Under the pieces are notes generated by a model, which did no database searches, was not told the DNA's origin, and saw only the letters and a list, made by a program, of their open reading frames with translations. Source: a candidate division TM6 bacterium GW2011_GWF2_28_16 (GTDB lineage Bacteria; Patescibacteriota; Microgenomatia; UBA1400; PJMF01). Taken from it: a stretch of 64,000 nt of DNA. Positions 16,768 to 25,292 of the stretch are shown piece by piece (the stretch's first letter is position 1; the number at the start of each line of letters is the position of its first letter). The position numbers and the translations under genes were made by a program. The DNA lies in assembly GCA_001029715.1 (NCBI GenBank), contig CP011212.1, positions 398,936 through 462,935 of the forward strand, written 5' to 3'.

Positions 16768-17640
16768 TTATACTGCAACGGATAATCCGCCTTGGAAGGC
16801 AAGTAATTCTTCTGGGATTTCAGCCTCAGACGAATATTGAGCTCCAGGAATTGCAAGAGATCTGCTTTTTTCGTTTTTACCATCAAGACCAGCTCCTATC
16901 AAAAAATAATTTGCAATTAATAGAAGATAAAAATCTGGACTACTTATTTTTTGATGTTTCTCGTCAACGTCATCTGTGACATTTTTTTCGAGCATATTAA
17001 TAGAGACAAAACTAGTCGCTCCATCCAATAGCGCTCGTTTTTTCATGGCTTCTTGAGTTCGTCCGGTGTCACCAAGATCTTCGAGAGAATAAATTTTTTT
17101 ATCTTTTATTTTAGCTGCGTTCCAAATTTCAAATTTGACCTCTTCACTAAAAGTTGTCTCACCGCTTGAGCTTGTAGCTCTAACTGGCATTGAATTAAGA
17201 CCAGTATCTTCAAGTGAATTTATTTTATCTCCAAATTGTTTTTTTAATAAAATAAGACATTTTTCTTCAAATTTTTCTTTAAACCATTTGGCACCCTCTA
17301 GATTGTAAATAATGAGAGATTGTTCTGCTTTTTGCCTAAACTCTTCAAGAGTTAGATCTTCTTCTCCATCAGATATTTCATTAATAAAGATTTGAATGTA
17401 CCAATTAATTGATTCGTTGAGAATAAATTCTGGAATTAAAGGAGCAAACCATCTGTCTTCGTCAAGAAGTTCTTTAACTTGTTGCTCAATCTTATTTTTT
17501 TCATCATCAGCTAGTTTATGAGGATATTTTCCATTATCTGAAGAATAAGGGGATTTAATTGTTCCCTTCTTTATTTCTAAGTTCAATCTGTTGTTGCTAC
17601 TTTTTTCTTCTTGAGAAGACATAAAGGAATAATATATCAC
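16768..17640 (-). CDS. Hypoxanthine/guanine phosphoribosyltransferase-like type I PRTase with a roughly 100-aa N-terminal extension
   Basis: The C-terminal two thirds align to remembered E. coli Hpt: TSSSGETT flexible loop, PRPP loop IYSLEDLGDTGRT (Hpt VLIVEDIIDTGNT), MLEK, FLIGAGLDG (Hpt FVVGYGIDY). The start is uncertain; an internal ATG lies at 17622. Confidence 0.65.
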   Translation of the reverse strand: MIYYSFMSSQEEKSSNNRLNLEIKKGTIKSPYSSDNGKYPHKLADDEKNKIEQQVKELLDEDRWFAPLIPEFILNESINWYIQIFINEISDGEEDLTLEEFRQKAEQSLIIYNLEGAKWFKEKFEEKCLILLKKQFGDKINSLEDTGLNSMPVRATSSSGETTFSEEVKFEIWNAAKIKDKKIYSLEDLGDTGRTQEAMKKRALLDGATSFVSINMLEKNVTDDVDEKHQKISSPDFYLLLIANYFLIGAGLDGKNEKSRSLAIPGAQYSSEAEIPEELLAFQGGLSVAV

Positions 17641-17779
17641 AAGAGGTCATTTTTGTCTTGCAATGGAGTTTTTTTGGTGATGGGGAGCAGTTTTGAAGGA
17701 TTTAATGATGCGTTTTTTAGAGTCAGCGTTAGGGATGAAAAAATAAATAAGCTCTTTTTAGAAAAGTTAGAGGAGATTT

Positions 17780-19996
17780 CTAAGAAATTTGATTAAAAAG
17801 TTGATCAGAAACTTCGCTTAATTTAATTTGTAGCGGAGGACCAGATGGATCAATAGGCTCATGTTTAAAACCAATTAAAGCAATGTTTTCTGAGCTGTTA
17901 TCTTTTTCATTCATGGGGTTCACTGTATTATCAATTCCCAGCATAGTTTCTCTAATTTGCGTTTTAATGGTTTTGACTCTGGATTCATCCCAGTTTCCAG
18001 GATTAATCTTGCCTTCAAGTCTTTTGAGAGAAGACAGGATAATACGTTTAAGGGTTTTATCTTCAAGAGTATCCAAATATTTAAGATCTTGCTGAGCTAA
18101 ATAAAAATGTTTGTTAAGTTTTAATAGAGAATAACCAAATTCTTCTTCAACTTCTGAGTTGATACTCGAACTTGGGTTGTCCCAGTCTTTTGGTTGATAT
18201 GAATATGGTAAGACATAAAGATGGGAGCTATTAGTAACTTCTTTTCGTTGATAGTCTTCCATCTGTTCTATTTCTGTTGTTCTATTTTCTGCAATTGGCT
18301 TAGCTGCAATAGTCGAGTTTTGATAAAGATCGCGATTTTTAATTGCTAATAGATATGAAAAAACTACTCTTTCTATCCAAGCTTTTTCAGTAGGAGCTAA
18401 TTTAGATAAGGTTGGAGTTTCCATCTGTTCATTGATTCCAAAAGTAAACACTCTTTTGCCTAGTTGCAAAGAAACTTGTAAATTGTGAGGGCTGACAGTG
18501 CGCTTGAAAGTAAGTTGTTTCAAGCCAACTTGAAACAATAATTTGTCCTGACCCTGAGACTGATCAAGGTTTACACTAATACCTCTTTTGGAAACAGGGA
18601 ACATTCCACCCCTAGCTTGGTCTTTGAGTTCTGTTAGCGGAGTGGTTTCATTTAAATTTAATTCAGGACGAAGAAAAGCTAAAACAGCTGCAACTTCGGT
18701 TACTTCTAATGGTTTGTTAGATAAATTAAGTAAATGAGGAAGATTGGTTCTAAATTCTGCAAGCGAAGATGGATCTAATTCGTCTAAATTATCTAGAGTA
18801 ATATTTCCTCTCCAAGTCAGAAGAATATTTTCTTGATTATTAACAGTTTTTGAGGGGAGTACAAAACCACCAAAATTGCCTTCTTTTTTTATTAGAAGCA
18901 ATTCTTCTTCCATAATGAATTCAATCAGCTTATTTGCCAAGGGATCATGAGTAAAATTGTCAGATTTTTCACAAAATGCTGTCAGATTTTGTTCTGACCC
19001 TGTCATTTTGGCAAAAGAATCTAAACCAGCCGATCTTACGTTTTTGTTAAAAATGCGGTCATCAGCTAAAGAAATAGGAGGACATTCAAAAACTTTTCTT
19101 AAAATTATTTCTTTGGCTTTTGATTTTTTGAGATTAACCCTCATTTGGGCTTGTCTCTCTTTTCTTCTAGAGCTGACATGAGTAATCGTTAATTTTCCGT
19201 TTTCATCATATTTTCCACGACTATCTACTGCTACATAAGCACTCAGGGCGTCAAATGTTTCCAGAACATACTGAGCCTGACAACGCATTTTATAGTCAGG
19301 GTGATGGAGCCGTGTAAAACTAAGAGCGTCGAACAAATTATAGGAGTTTTCTATTTTGTCGTAACCTAAGTCCTCAAATGTTTCTAAAATTATTAATTGT
19401 TTTTCGCGATCTTTACATTTTAAAATTTCTGAAGAAAGCCGATAAAGATTGCTAATAATTTTTTTGAAAGGGAGATCGTCAATTTTTGGAATGGCCTGCT
19501 CCGGAGTTCCCTTCCTTTTTCTTTTTTTATCAGTTTCGTTTTTTGGATCAAATTCTTCTTGATTAATTGATCCTCTAATTCCATTAATTCGAGATTGAGT
19601 AGCAGCATCTTTTAATAAAGGTGAGACAGCATCAGTGCCTTGATTAAAATACTCAATTTTATCTTTATGTTCTTGAAAAAATTTATCTAAAGTGTGGTCG
19701 AAAATTTGGAAATCAGACATGCCCATATTTGTTGCAAGAATCAAAGCTTCTTGGTATTTAGCACTCAACTTAGAGTTTAGACCATTTATTAGAAAAGCAA
19801 ATTCATCATGGCTGCACCAGTGTTGTTCTTTTTGATCAGAGAGAAGTTCTAAAACCTTATCTAAGATTTTTTCTTCAAATTCTTCTAAAAGAAGATAAGA
19901 ACTTTCTTTAATTCCCGCATAAATTGGCAACAGATCGGAAAATTTTTGTGCCCGCTCAATTTGTTGATAATTTTCTAGTGGCTCACTTTCGCTCAT
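17780..19996 (-). CDS. Large orphan protein (738 aa), no recognisable domain
   Basis: Uninterrupted 2.2-kb ORF with no TM segments, P-loop or catalytic motif that I can recognise. Confidence 0.6.
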   Translation of the reverse strand: MSESEPLENYQQIERAQKFSDLLPIYAGIKESSYLLLEEFEEKILDKVLELLSDQKEQHWCSHDEFAFLINGLNSKLSAKYQEALILATNMGMSDFQIFDHTLDKFFQEHKDKIEYFNQGTDAVSPLLKDAATQSRINGIRGSINQEEFDPKNETDKKRKRKGTPEQAIPKIDDLPFKKIISNLYRLSSEILKCKDREKQLIILETFEDLGYDKIENSYNLFDALSFTRLHHPDYKMRCQAQYVLETFDALSAYVAVDSRGKYDENGKLTITHVSSRRKERQAQMRVNLKKSKAKEIILRKVFECPPISLADDRIFNKNVRSAGLDSFAKMTGSEQNLTAFCEKSDNFTHDPLANKLIEFIMEEELLLIKKEGNFGGFVLPSKTVNNQENILLTWRGNITLDNLDELDPSSLAEFRTNLPHLLNLSNKPLEVTEVAAVLAFLRPELNLNETTPLTELKDQARGGMFPVSKRGISVNLDQSQGQDKLLFQVGLKQLTFKRTVSPHNLQVSLQLGKRVFTFGINEQMETPTLSKLAPTEKAWIERVVFSYLLAIKNRDLYQNSTIAAKPIAENRTTEIEQMEDYQRKEVTNSSHLYVLPYSYQPKDWDNPSSSINSEVEEEFGYSLLKLNKHFYLAQQDLKYLDTLEDKTLKRIILSSLKRLEGKINPGNWDESRVKTIKTQIRETMLGIDNTVNPMNEKDNSSENIALIGFKHEPIDPSGPPLQIKLSEVSDQLFNQIS

Positions 19997-20032
19997 AATT
20001 TAGATAAAAATTAATTTAAGGATGTTTATTTG

Positions 20033-20104
20033 TGACCCCACGCAGAATCGAACTGCGGTTACAAGGATGAGAACCTTGTGTCCTAACCACTAGACGATGG
20101 GGCC
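20033..20104 (-). tRNA. tRNA-Glu (anticodon CUC)
   Basis: The reverse complement GGCCCCATCGTCTAGTGGTTAGGACACAAGGTTCTCATCCTTGTAACCGCAGTTCGATTCTGCGTGGGGTCA folds as a cloverleaf. It has a 7-bp acceptor stem, anticodon loop TTCTCAT and T-loop TTCGATT. CCA is not encoded. Confidence 0.9.
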
Positions 20105-20183
20105 GATCCAGAGATTATACCAAATTTGCCTTGATTTTGTAAACGCTACACTTCTTGTAATTTGGTTCAGTGATAATAAGTTA

Positions 20184-20927
20184 ATGATAATTATTTTATT
20201 TTTCTTAACTTTATTTTTTTCTGTTAGACAAATTGAGGCACAGAGTTTTTCTTATCAATTTATTTTGGCAAATAATTCAATTGATTTAGATTTTTTAAAA
20301 AAGTTAGAATTAAATTTAGAAGAGCAAAAGCCAAAAAATTTTCTCTCTTTTGAATATAAGTTGGAAAAACAAAATGATTTGCCCTCAGATCTTCCTTTAT
20401 TTATTGTTGCTTTTGATAAAGAAGTGCTTTTTTCAGTCGATTCCAGCTTGGCAGATAGTTTATTTCACCAGGTAGAAATAAATTTAACCAATCGAAATGA
20501 TCGAATACCAGTTTTTTATCAAAGCAATTATTTAGATGGTTTTAAGCTCACATTGGAAAATTTAATTTTTATTGAAGAGCCAATTCTTAATAAGGATAAA
20601 ACTTCAATAATTAAAGACCTAAGCGTCATTAGAGAATTAGATCAATCTCTTAGCATTATTTTTTCTCTAGAAGAAACAGAAAAAAGACAACATTCTTTTC
20701 AGCTGATTTGTCTTGATGAAGGAGGCGAAGTTACAAACTCAAATAAATTATTTAAGAATGACGACTTTCTTTGGTCTGACTTTTTTTTTACAAATTCTTT
20801 TTCTAATAAAAAAAATGAATTTATTTTTCACTTGGATAAGCTCGAATGCTCTGGGCTTGTTTATGTACTTACTGACTTTTCTATTCAGTCAGATAAAACT
20901 TCAATTATCAGAGTGGAGGACTTATGA
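20184..20927 (+). CDS. Hypothetical secreted protein
   Basis: The track ORF starts at 20097 inside the tRNA. The internal ATG 20184 gives a signal-peptide-like N-terminus, MIIILFFLTLFFSVRQIEAQS. Confidence 0.5.
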   Translation: MIIILFFLTLFFSVRQIEAQSFSYQFILANNSIDLDFLKKLELNLEEQKPKNFLSFEYKLEKQNDLPSDLPLFIVAFDKEVLFSVDSSLADSLFHQVEINLTNRNDRIPVFYQSNYLDGFKLTLENLIFIEEPILNKDKTSIIKDLSVIRELDQSLSIIFSLEETEKRQHSFQLICLDEGGEVTNSNKLFKNDDFLWSDFFFTNSFSNKKNEFIFHLDKLECSGLVYVLTDFSIQSDKTSIIRVEDL

Positions 20928-21532
20928 AGGAAATTAAATTAAATTGTTTTTCTTCGAATGAATTATGTATAAATTCTTCTTCTCTTGAAAATTTTGTAAT
21001 CAATGATCCAACAGATCAGGAATTTTCTTTGCAAATTGCAAACCATGGCAATAAGGATTGTGAGCTTAATTTATCAACAAAGAATTTCAATGAAGATAGT
21101 TTTTTTGGTCAAGTTGAGCTTTTAATTTCTAGTCAAAATGAATTATTTTTTCGAGATAATTTGGACCAGTTTTTTAAGCAAAAAATAAACCTGAGCTCGA
21201 TTAGGGCTCAATCTTCAAAAACATATTATTTTTATTTAGATTTTCTAAATTTAATAACCAATGAAGAACAATTTTCAGTTAATTTTGACTTGTTGCTTGA
21301 TTTTGTTTGCCATGAGCCAAGTAAATTAGAGGAATTGCCTAATGAAGCTAATGAACTAGAAATAGAAACGCAAGAATTTACTAAGGGAGTGGTTTTATCT
21401 GCTAGTTCTAGTGCGGAGGTGAAACAGAATCTCCCACAAGTTTTTTTGTTTTTCTATTTATTGTCGATCTTGTTTGTCATAGCTTTTTTTGTCATAATTA
21501 AATTCATTAATGGCAAAAATAAGAAAAAGTAA
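20924..21532 (+). CDS. Hypothetical surface protein with a C-terminal TM anchor and basic tail
   Basis: ATGA overlap with the upstream gene. The C-terminus NLPQVFLFFYLLSILFVIAFFVIIKFINGKNKKK resembles a sorting-signal architecture but has no canonical LPXTG. Confidence 0.5.
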   Translation: MKEIKLNCFSSNELCINSSSLENFVINDPTDQEFSLQIANHGNKDCELNLSTKNFNEDSFFGQVELLISSQNELFFRDNLDQFFKQKINLSSIRAQSSKTYYFYLDFLNLITNEEQFSVNFDLLLDFVCHEPSKLEELPNEANELEIETQEFTKGVVLSASSSAEVKQNLPQVFLFFYLLSILFVIAFFVIIKFINGKNKKK

Positions 21533-22430
21533 AAGTAAAAGAAACTTTTGGTTTAAATTGAGTCATTTCTTTAGACCACAAGCTTCGAACAGATATCGTT
21601 CGAAACTCCTTCATCCTCAGTCGATGTTGGTGACATCCTTTATTTTATTGGCATTTTTTGCTCTTTTTAATGCGGTTAGGTTTTTTCCTAATTTAACAGA
21701 TAAAGTTTTAGGTTTTAGCTCAAACATTAGTACTAGTGATTTGCTTGATAAGACCAATCAAGAACGCCAAAGACTAGGCCTATCTAAGCTCGTTTTAAAT
21801 GAAGAGCTCAATCAAGCGGCTTTGGCTAAAGCTCAAGATATGTTCAATGATCAGTATTGGGCTCATGTTGCTCCAGATGGCAAGCAGGCCTGGGATTTTA
21901 TCAAAGAAACAGATTATTCTTATAAATATGCTGGAGAAAACTTAGCCAGAGATTTTAATACTAGCGATGAAGTAGTTGAGGCTTGGATAGCTTCTCCCTC
22001 TCATTATGAAAATTTGACTAATAAAGATTTTACCCAGATGGGTTTAGCGATTGTTAACGGTAATCTTAAGGGTTTCAATACGACTTTGGTTGTGCAATTA
22101 TTTGCTGTGCCCTCATCTGTGGCGATGAAAGATCAGGCCGGTAGTGATTTTTATTTACCAAAGGCTGCTGAAGCAACTTTTCACGAAAATGAGCTAGTGG
22201 CTGGCGAAAAAACTGCCAATAAGGAAATAGTTTTTTCCTCGCTTAATTTTACAAAAACTTTTTTCTTATTAGTAGTTCTTTTGATTATTTTAACCTTAAT
22301 CTATGATGCTTTGATAGCTTCTAGTAGAAAGTATCAGCGTCTAGTTGGACAAAACTTTGCCCATGTTGCTCTTTTTGTTACCGTTGCTTTCTTATTAGTT
22401 TTATTCAAGGGAGGTTCGGTTTTGCCATGA
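21510..22430 (+). CDS. CAP/SCP (PR-1-like, YkwD-type) domain protein with N- and C-terminal TM segments
   Basis: NQERQRLGLSKLVLNEELNQAALAKAQDM...WAHV...YAGENLA...EVVEAWIASPSHYENL...FTQMGLAI is the CAP-domain pattern. Confidence 0.75.
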   Translation: MAKIRKSKSKRNFWFKLSHFFRPQASNRYRSKLLHPQSMLVTSFILLAFFALFNAVRFFPNLTDKVLGFSSNISTSDLLDKTNQERQRLGLSKLVLNEELNQAALAKAQDMFNDQYWAHVAPDGKQAWDFIKETDYSYKYAGENLARDFNTSDEVVEAWIASPSHYENLTNKDFTQMGLAIVNGNLKGFNTTLVVQLFAVPSSVAMKDQAGSDFYLPKAAEATFHENELVAGEKTANKEIVFSSLNFTKTFFLLVVLLIILTLIYDALIASSRKYQRLVGQNFAHVALFVTVAFLLVLFKGGSVLP

Positions 22431-22684
22431 AAAGTTTTCTGAAAAAAAATCAAATTGCTTATCTTTTTCTCATGATTTTATTGGTAGCTTTTATTTATTT
22501 ATTTATGAGAGCTTGGCCAAATGGACAAATGCAACGTTATATTGCGATTGCTTTTGGAGTTATTTACTTTTTTTGGGGAGTAATTACTCATACCAAGAGT
22601 AAAAGAATTAATAGCGAAATTGTTTTTGAGTATTTATCAGTTTCTATGCTGGCTATACTTGTAATCGTTTTGATTACTTTATAA
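22427..22684 (+). CDS. Small membrane protein (85 aa)
   Basis: Track ORF with three hydrophobic helices and an ATGA overlap with the CAP gene. Confidence 0.45.
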   Translation: MKSFLKKNQIAYLFLMILLVAFIYLFMRAWPNGQMQRYIAIAFGVIYFFWGVITHTKSKRINSEIVFEYLSVSMLAILVIVLITL

Positions 22685-22749
22685 TAATGGCTTGCTTTTG
22701 AAAAAGGCTCGTGTTAGTTTTGACTAGTAAAAAAGAAAGGTTGTTTATT

Positions 22750-23496
22750 ATGGCAAGTAAAGAAATGAAGGGGATTATTTTGGCCGGTGGAGCAGGAACT
22801 CGTCTTTATCCGTTAACCAAAGTAACTAGCAAACAACTATTACCAGTTTATAACAAACCAATGATCCAATATCCGCTTGAGACTTTAATAAGAGCGGGAA
22901 TCAAAGATATTTTGATTATTGTTGCTCCAGATCACGCTGGTGATTTTCTCAAATGTTTGGGCAGTGGAAAAGAATATGGTTGCCATTTCACTTATGAAAT
23001 TCAAGATAAACCAGAGGGAATTGCTCAAGCTTTTTTAATTGGTCAAGATTTTATTGATCACGACAATGTTACTTTGATTTTAGGTGATAATCTCTATGAA
23101 GACGATTTCTCGGAAGCAATCAAAACTTTTAAGAGTGGCGGGCGTATTTTTGCCAAAAAAGTTGTTGACCCACAGCGTTTTGGTGTAGTTGAGTTCAATG
23201 AAAATAATAAAGCAATCTCAATTGAAGAAAAGCCAAAGCATCCAAAATCTGAATATTCAGTAACTGGTCTTTATATTTATGATTCAACTGTAATTGAAAA
23301 AATTAAGAGTCTTTCTTTTTCAGACAGAGGTGAGCTGGAAATTACAGATCTCAATAATCTCTATCTCAAAGAAGATAAGCTCGATGTAGCCTTTGTTAAA
23401 GGCAAGTGGTTTGATACTGGAACTTTTGAATCGATGCATGAGGCTATTACTTTTGCGAGAGATCGCCACCTAGCCAAAGAAGCTCGCTCACTGTAA
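22750..23496 (+). CDS. rmlA: Glucose-1-phosphate thymidylyltransferase (short form)
   Basis: KGIILAGGAGTRLYPLTKVTSKQLLPVYNKPMIQYPL, DKPEGIAQAF, RFGVVEF, EEKPKHPKS.Y.VTGLY.YD and RGELEITD align along remembered E. coli RmlA. ATG 22750 is preferred over the GTG at 22711. Confidence 0.88.
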   Translation: MASKEMKGIILAGGAGTRLYPLTKVTSKQLLPVYNKPMIQYPLETLIRAGIKDILIIVAPDHAGDFLKCLGSGKEYGCHFTYEIQDKPEGIAQAFLIGQDFIDHDNVTLILGDNLYEDDFSEAIKTFKSGGRIFAKKVVDPQRFGVVEFNENNKAISIEEKPKHPKSEYSVTGLYIYDSTVIEKIKSLSFSDRGELEITDLNNLYLKEDKLDVAFVKGKWFDTGTFESMHEAITFARDRHLAKEARSL

Positions 23497-23505
23497 AATA
23501 ATTTT

Positions 23506-24342
23506 ATGAAAAGATTGGTCTTTTTTTTCTTGTCTTTTTTTCTATTGCTTTCACCTGCTCGTGCTCAAGAAGTTGGGTCAACTGACAGCTCTAGTCTAAA
23601 GACTGATGGAATTTGGCAAAAAGAACGTCTTGATGAAGAAATTTCTACTTTAAAAGCAAGTTATCAATCTCAATTAGAAAATTATCTCTATCAAGATAAA
23701 CTATATAGAATTGCCTACGATCAACATCAGGAATTACAAACTTTATCTTCTATAGAAGACCTAACCCAAAAAGCCAAAAGCTTAGGAATTTATAGAGATG
23801 AAGTTTTAATTAGTTATTTAAATTTATTGAGGCTAAATTTAATTGCCACTGAGGGGATTGAACTTTCCCTTAAGAATGAATCTTTGGCTAAATTAGAAAC
23901 GACACTTGATTACATAGGTATCCATCAAGAAAATTTAAAGAACATTAATGATAGAGATCAGGTTGTGGCTTCCTTGATGACTTTTACGACTGATCAAAAA
24001 AATCTCAATAATTTAGCAAATGAAGTTCTAGTTTTATTATCAGTTGGCAACTTACAGGTGATTTATGATAAATCAGTGGTTCTTAAGGGAGAAATTGATC
24101 TTTATTTAGAACAAAAAGGCACTTCAACTTTACCATCCATAGATCGAGCTAGTTATGAAACGAATCGTAGTTTAGATTCTGCCAAGTTGAAGCTAGACAC
24201 TTTTTGGACTGATGTTATCGAGCATAGAACTAGCAATTGGTATTTAGCTAAATTTTATGATCAATTACCAAAAACTTTAAATCCTATTTATGTCAATCTT
24301 TCACAGTCAATTTCTTATTTAAGTGAATTACTAAGTATTTAA
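23506..24342 (+). CDS. Hypothetical secreted protein (278 aa)
   Basis: Signal peptide MKRLVFFFLSFFLLLSPARAQE followed by a helical, repeat-poor sequence. No family recognised. Confidence 0.5.
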   Translation: MKRLVFFFLSFFLLLSPARAQEVGSTDSSSLKTDGIWQKERLDEEISTLKASYQSQLENYLYQDKLYRIAYDQHQELQTLSSIEDLTQKAKSLGIYRDEVLISYLNLLRLNLIATEGIELSLKNESLAKLETTLDYIGIHQENLKNINDRDQVVASLMTFTTDQKNLNNLANEVLVLLSVGNLQVIYDKSVVLKGEIDLYLEQKGTSTLPSIDRASYETNRSLDSAKLKLDTFWTDVIEHRTSNWYLAKFYDQLPKTLNPIYVNLSQSISYLSELLSI

Positions 24343-24346
24343 AAAT

Positions 24347-24706
24347 ATGTTTTCAAGAAAAGAATTTAATCAAACCAGTCAAACTGAATTCGTCGAAGAT
24401 GGAGCTTTCATAGAAAGCTCTGCACATAAAAAATTCAACTTAAGAGACTTAAAGAATAATAAGAATTTGTTACCTTTTTATATCTTAATTGCTGTCCTAT
24501 TCTTCTTCTTTTTATTAATGATTATTAAAATAATTGGCAACAAGCAGACACCAGAGGCAGAAATGATAAAAAAAGTTGAAGAAAAAATTGAATTAGATCC
24601 GCTCAGTTTGCGAGCTAATGAGTTAAGAGCAAATCTCAAAGATCATGATCCAACTAAGCAAACCCTACCATTTCCCCAGGTTGATTTAGAATTTAATATC
24701 AATTAG
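24347..24706 (+). CDS. Hypothetical single-pass membrane protein (119 aa)
   Basis: Track ORF with a central TM helix, LLPFYILIAVLFFFFLLMIIKII. Confidence 0.45.
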   Translation: MFSRKEFNQTSQTEFVEDGAFIESSAHKKFNLRDLKNNKNLLPFYILIAVLFFFFLLMIIKIIGNKQTPEAEMIKKVEEKIELDPLSLRANELRANLKDHDPTKQTLPFPQVDLEFNIN

Positions 24707-24726
24707 AATGCCAAAAAAAGTAAACT

Positions 24727-25281
24727 ATGCCAATACATAAAGACTCATACTTAGAAAAATTTGAAAAAACACTAAACCACGCTCAAGATGGTTTTGCTAC
24801 TTTGCGCACTGGCAGAGCCAGCGCACAGCTTTTAGATAGTATTTTTGTTGAAGCCTATGGATCTAGAATGGCTTTGCATGAAGTAGCTTCCATCTCTGCT
24901 CCAGACACTCAGCTCTTAGTGGTTAAGCCTTGGGATAAAAATCTTTTTCCAGCCATAGAAAAAGCAATTCAGCAAGCTCAATTAAATTTAAATCCAATTA
25001 TTGATGGAGATATTATTAGAATTGCTGTGCCTTCCCTCACTCAGGAAAGAAGACAAGAAATGGTCAAAATTCTTAGTCAAAAAGAAGAAGAGGCTAAAGT
25101 GATGTTCCGTAGTGTGCGAGCTGAAATACGCAAAGATATAGAGAAACAAGAAGGGGAAGCGGGCGTTAGCGAAGATGATATTAAATCTGAAGTTATAGAA
25201 TTGGACGAGACTGTTAAAGAATACATTACTAATCTAGAAGAAATTTCTAAACAAAAAGAAAAAGAGCTTCTAAACATTTAG
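24727..25281 (+). CDS. frr: Ribosome recycling factor
   Basis: 184 aa with LRTGRASAQLLDSIFVEAYGS, KPWDKNL, LNLNP, IRIAVPSLTQERRQEMVK. Confidence 0.93.
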   Translation: MPIHKDSYLEKFEKTLNHAQDGFATLRTGRASAQLLDSIFVEAYGSRMALHEVASISAPDTQLLVVKPWDKNLFPAIEKAIQQAQLNLNPIIDGDIIRIAVPSLTQERRQEMVKILSQKEEEAKVMFRSVRAEIRKDIEKQEGEAGVSEDDIKSEVIELDETVKEYITNLEEISKQKEKELLNI

Positions 25282-25292
25282 CTTAGGTTTTT

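Noticed and set aside
16768-19996. ShosTA-like or retron-type PRTase defence system
   Set aside because: The PRTase looks like a bona fide HPRT across all substrate-binding loops. The neighbour shows no DprA/SLOG-like motif, and no reverse transcriptase or ncRNA repeats are nearby. It is kept only as an open question in the findings, not as a call.
16760-20104. Genomic island integrated at tRNA-Glu
   Set aside because: No integrase or recombinase is present. I found no direct repeat of the tRNA 3' end (tgaccccacgcagaatcgaa) near 16760-16800; only a 6-nt aatcga match occurs. Proximity to the tRNA alone is not evidence.
20097-20183. Track start of ORF 20097..20927 (MGPIQRLYQ...)
   Set aside because: The first 8 nt overlap tRNA-Glu (20033-20104) on the other strand and the N-terminus is implausible. 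The internal ATG 20184 gives a proper signal peptide.
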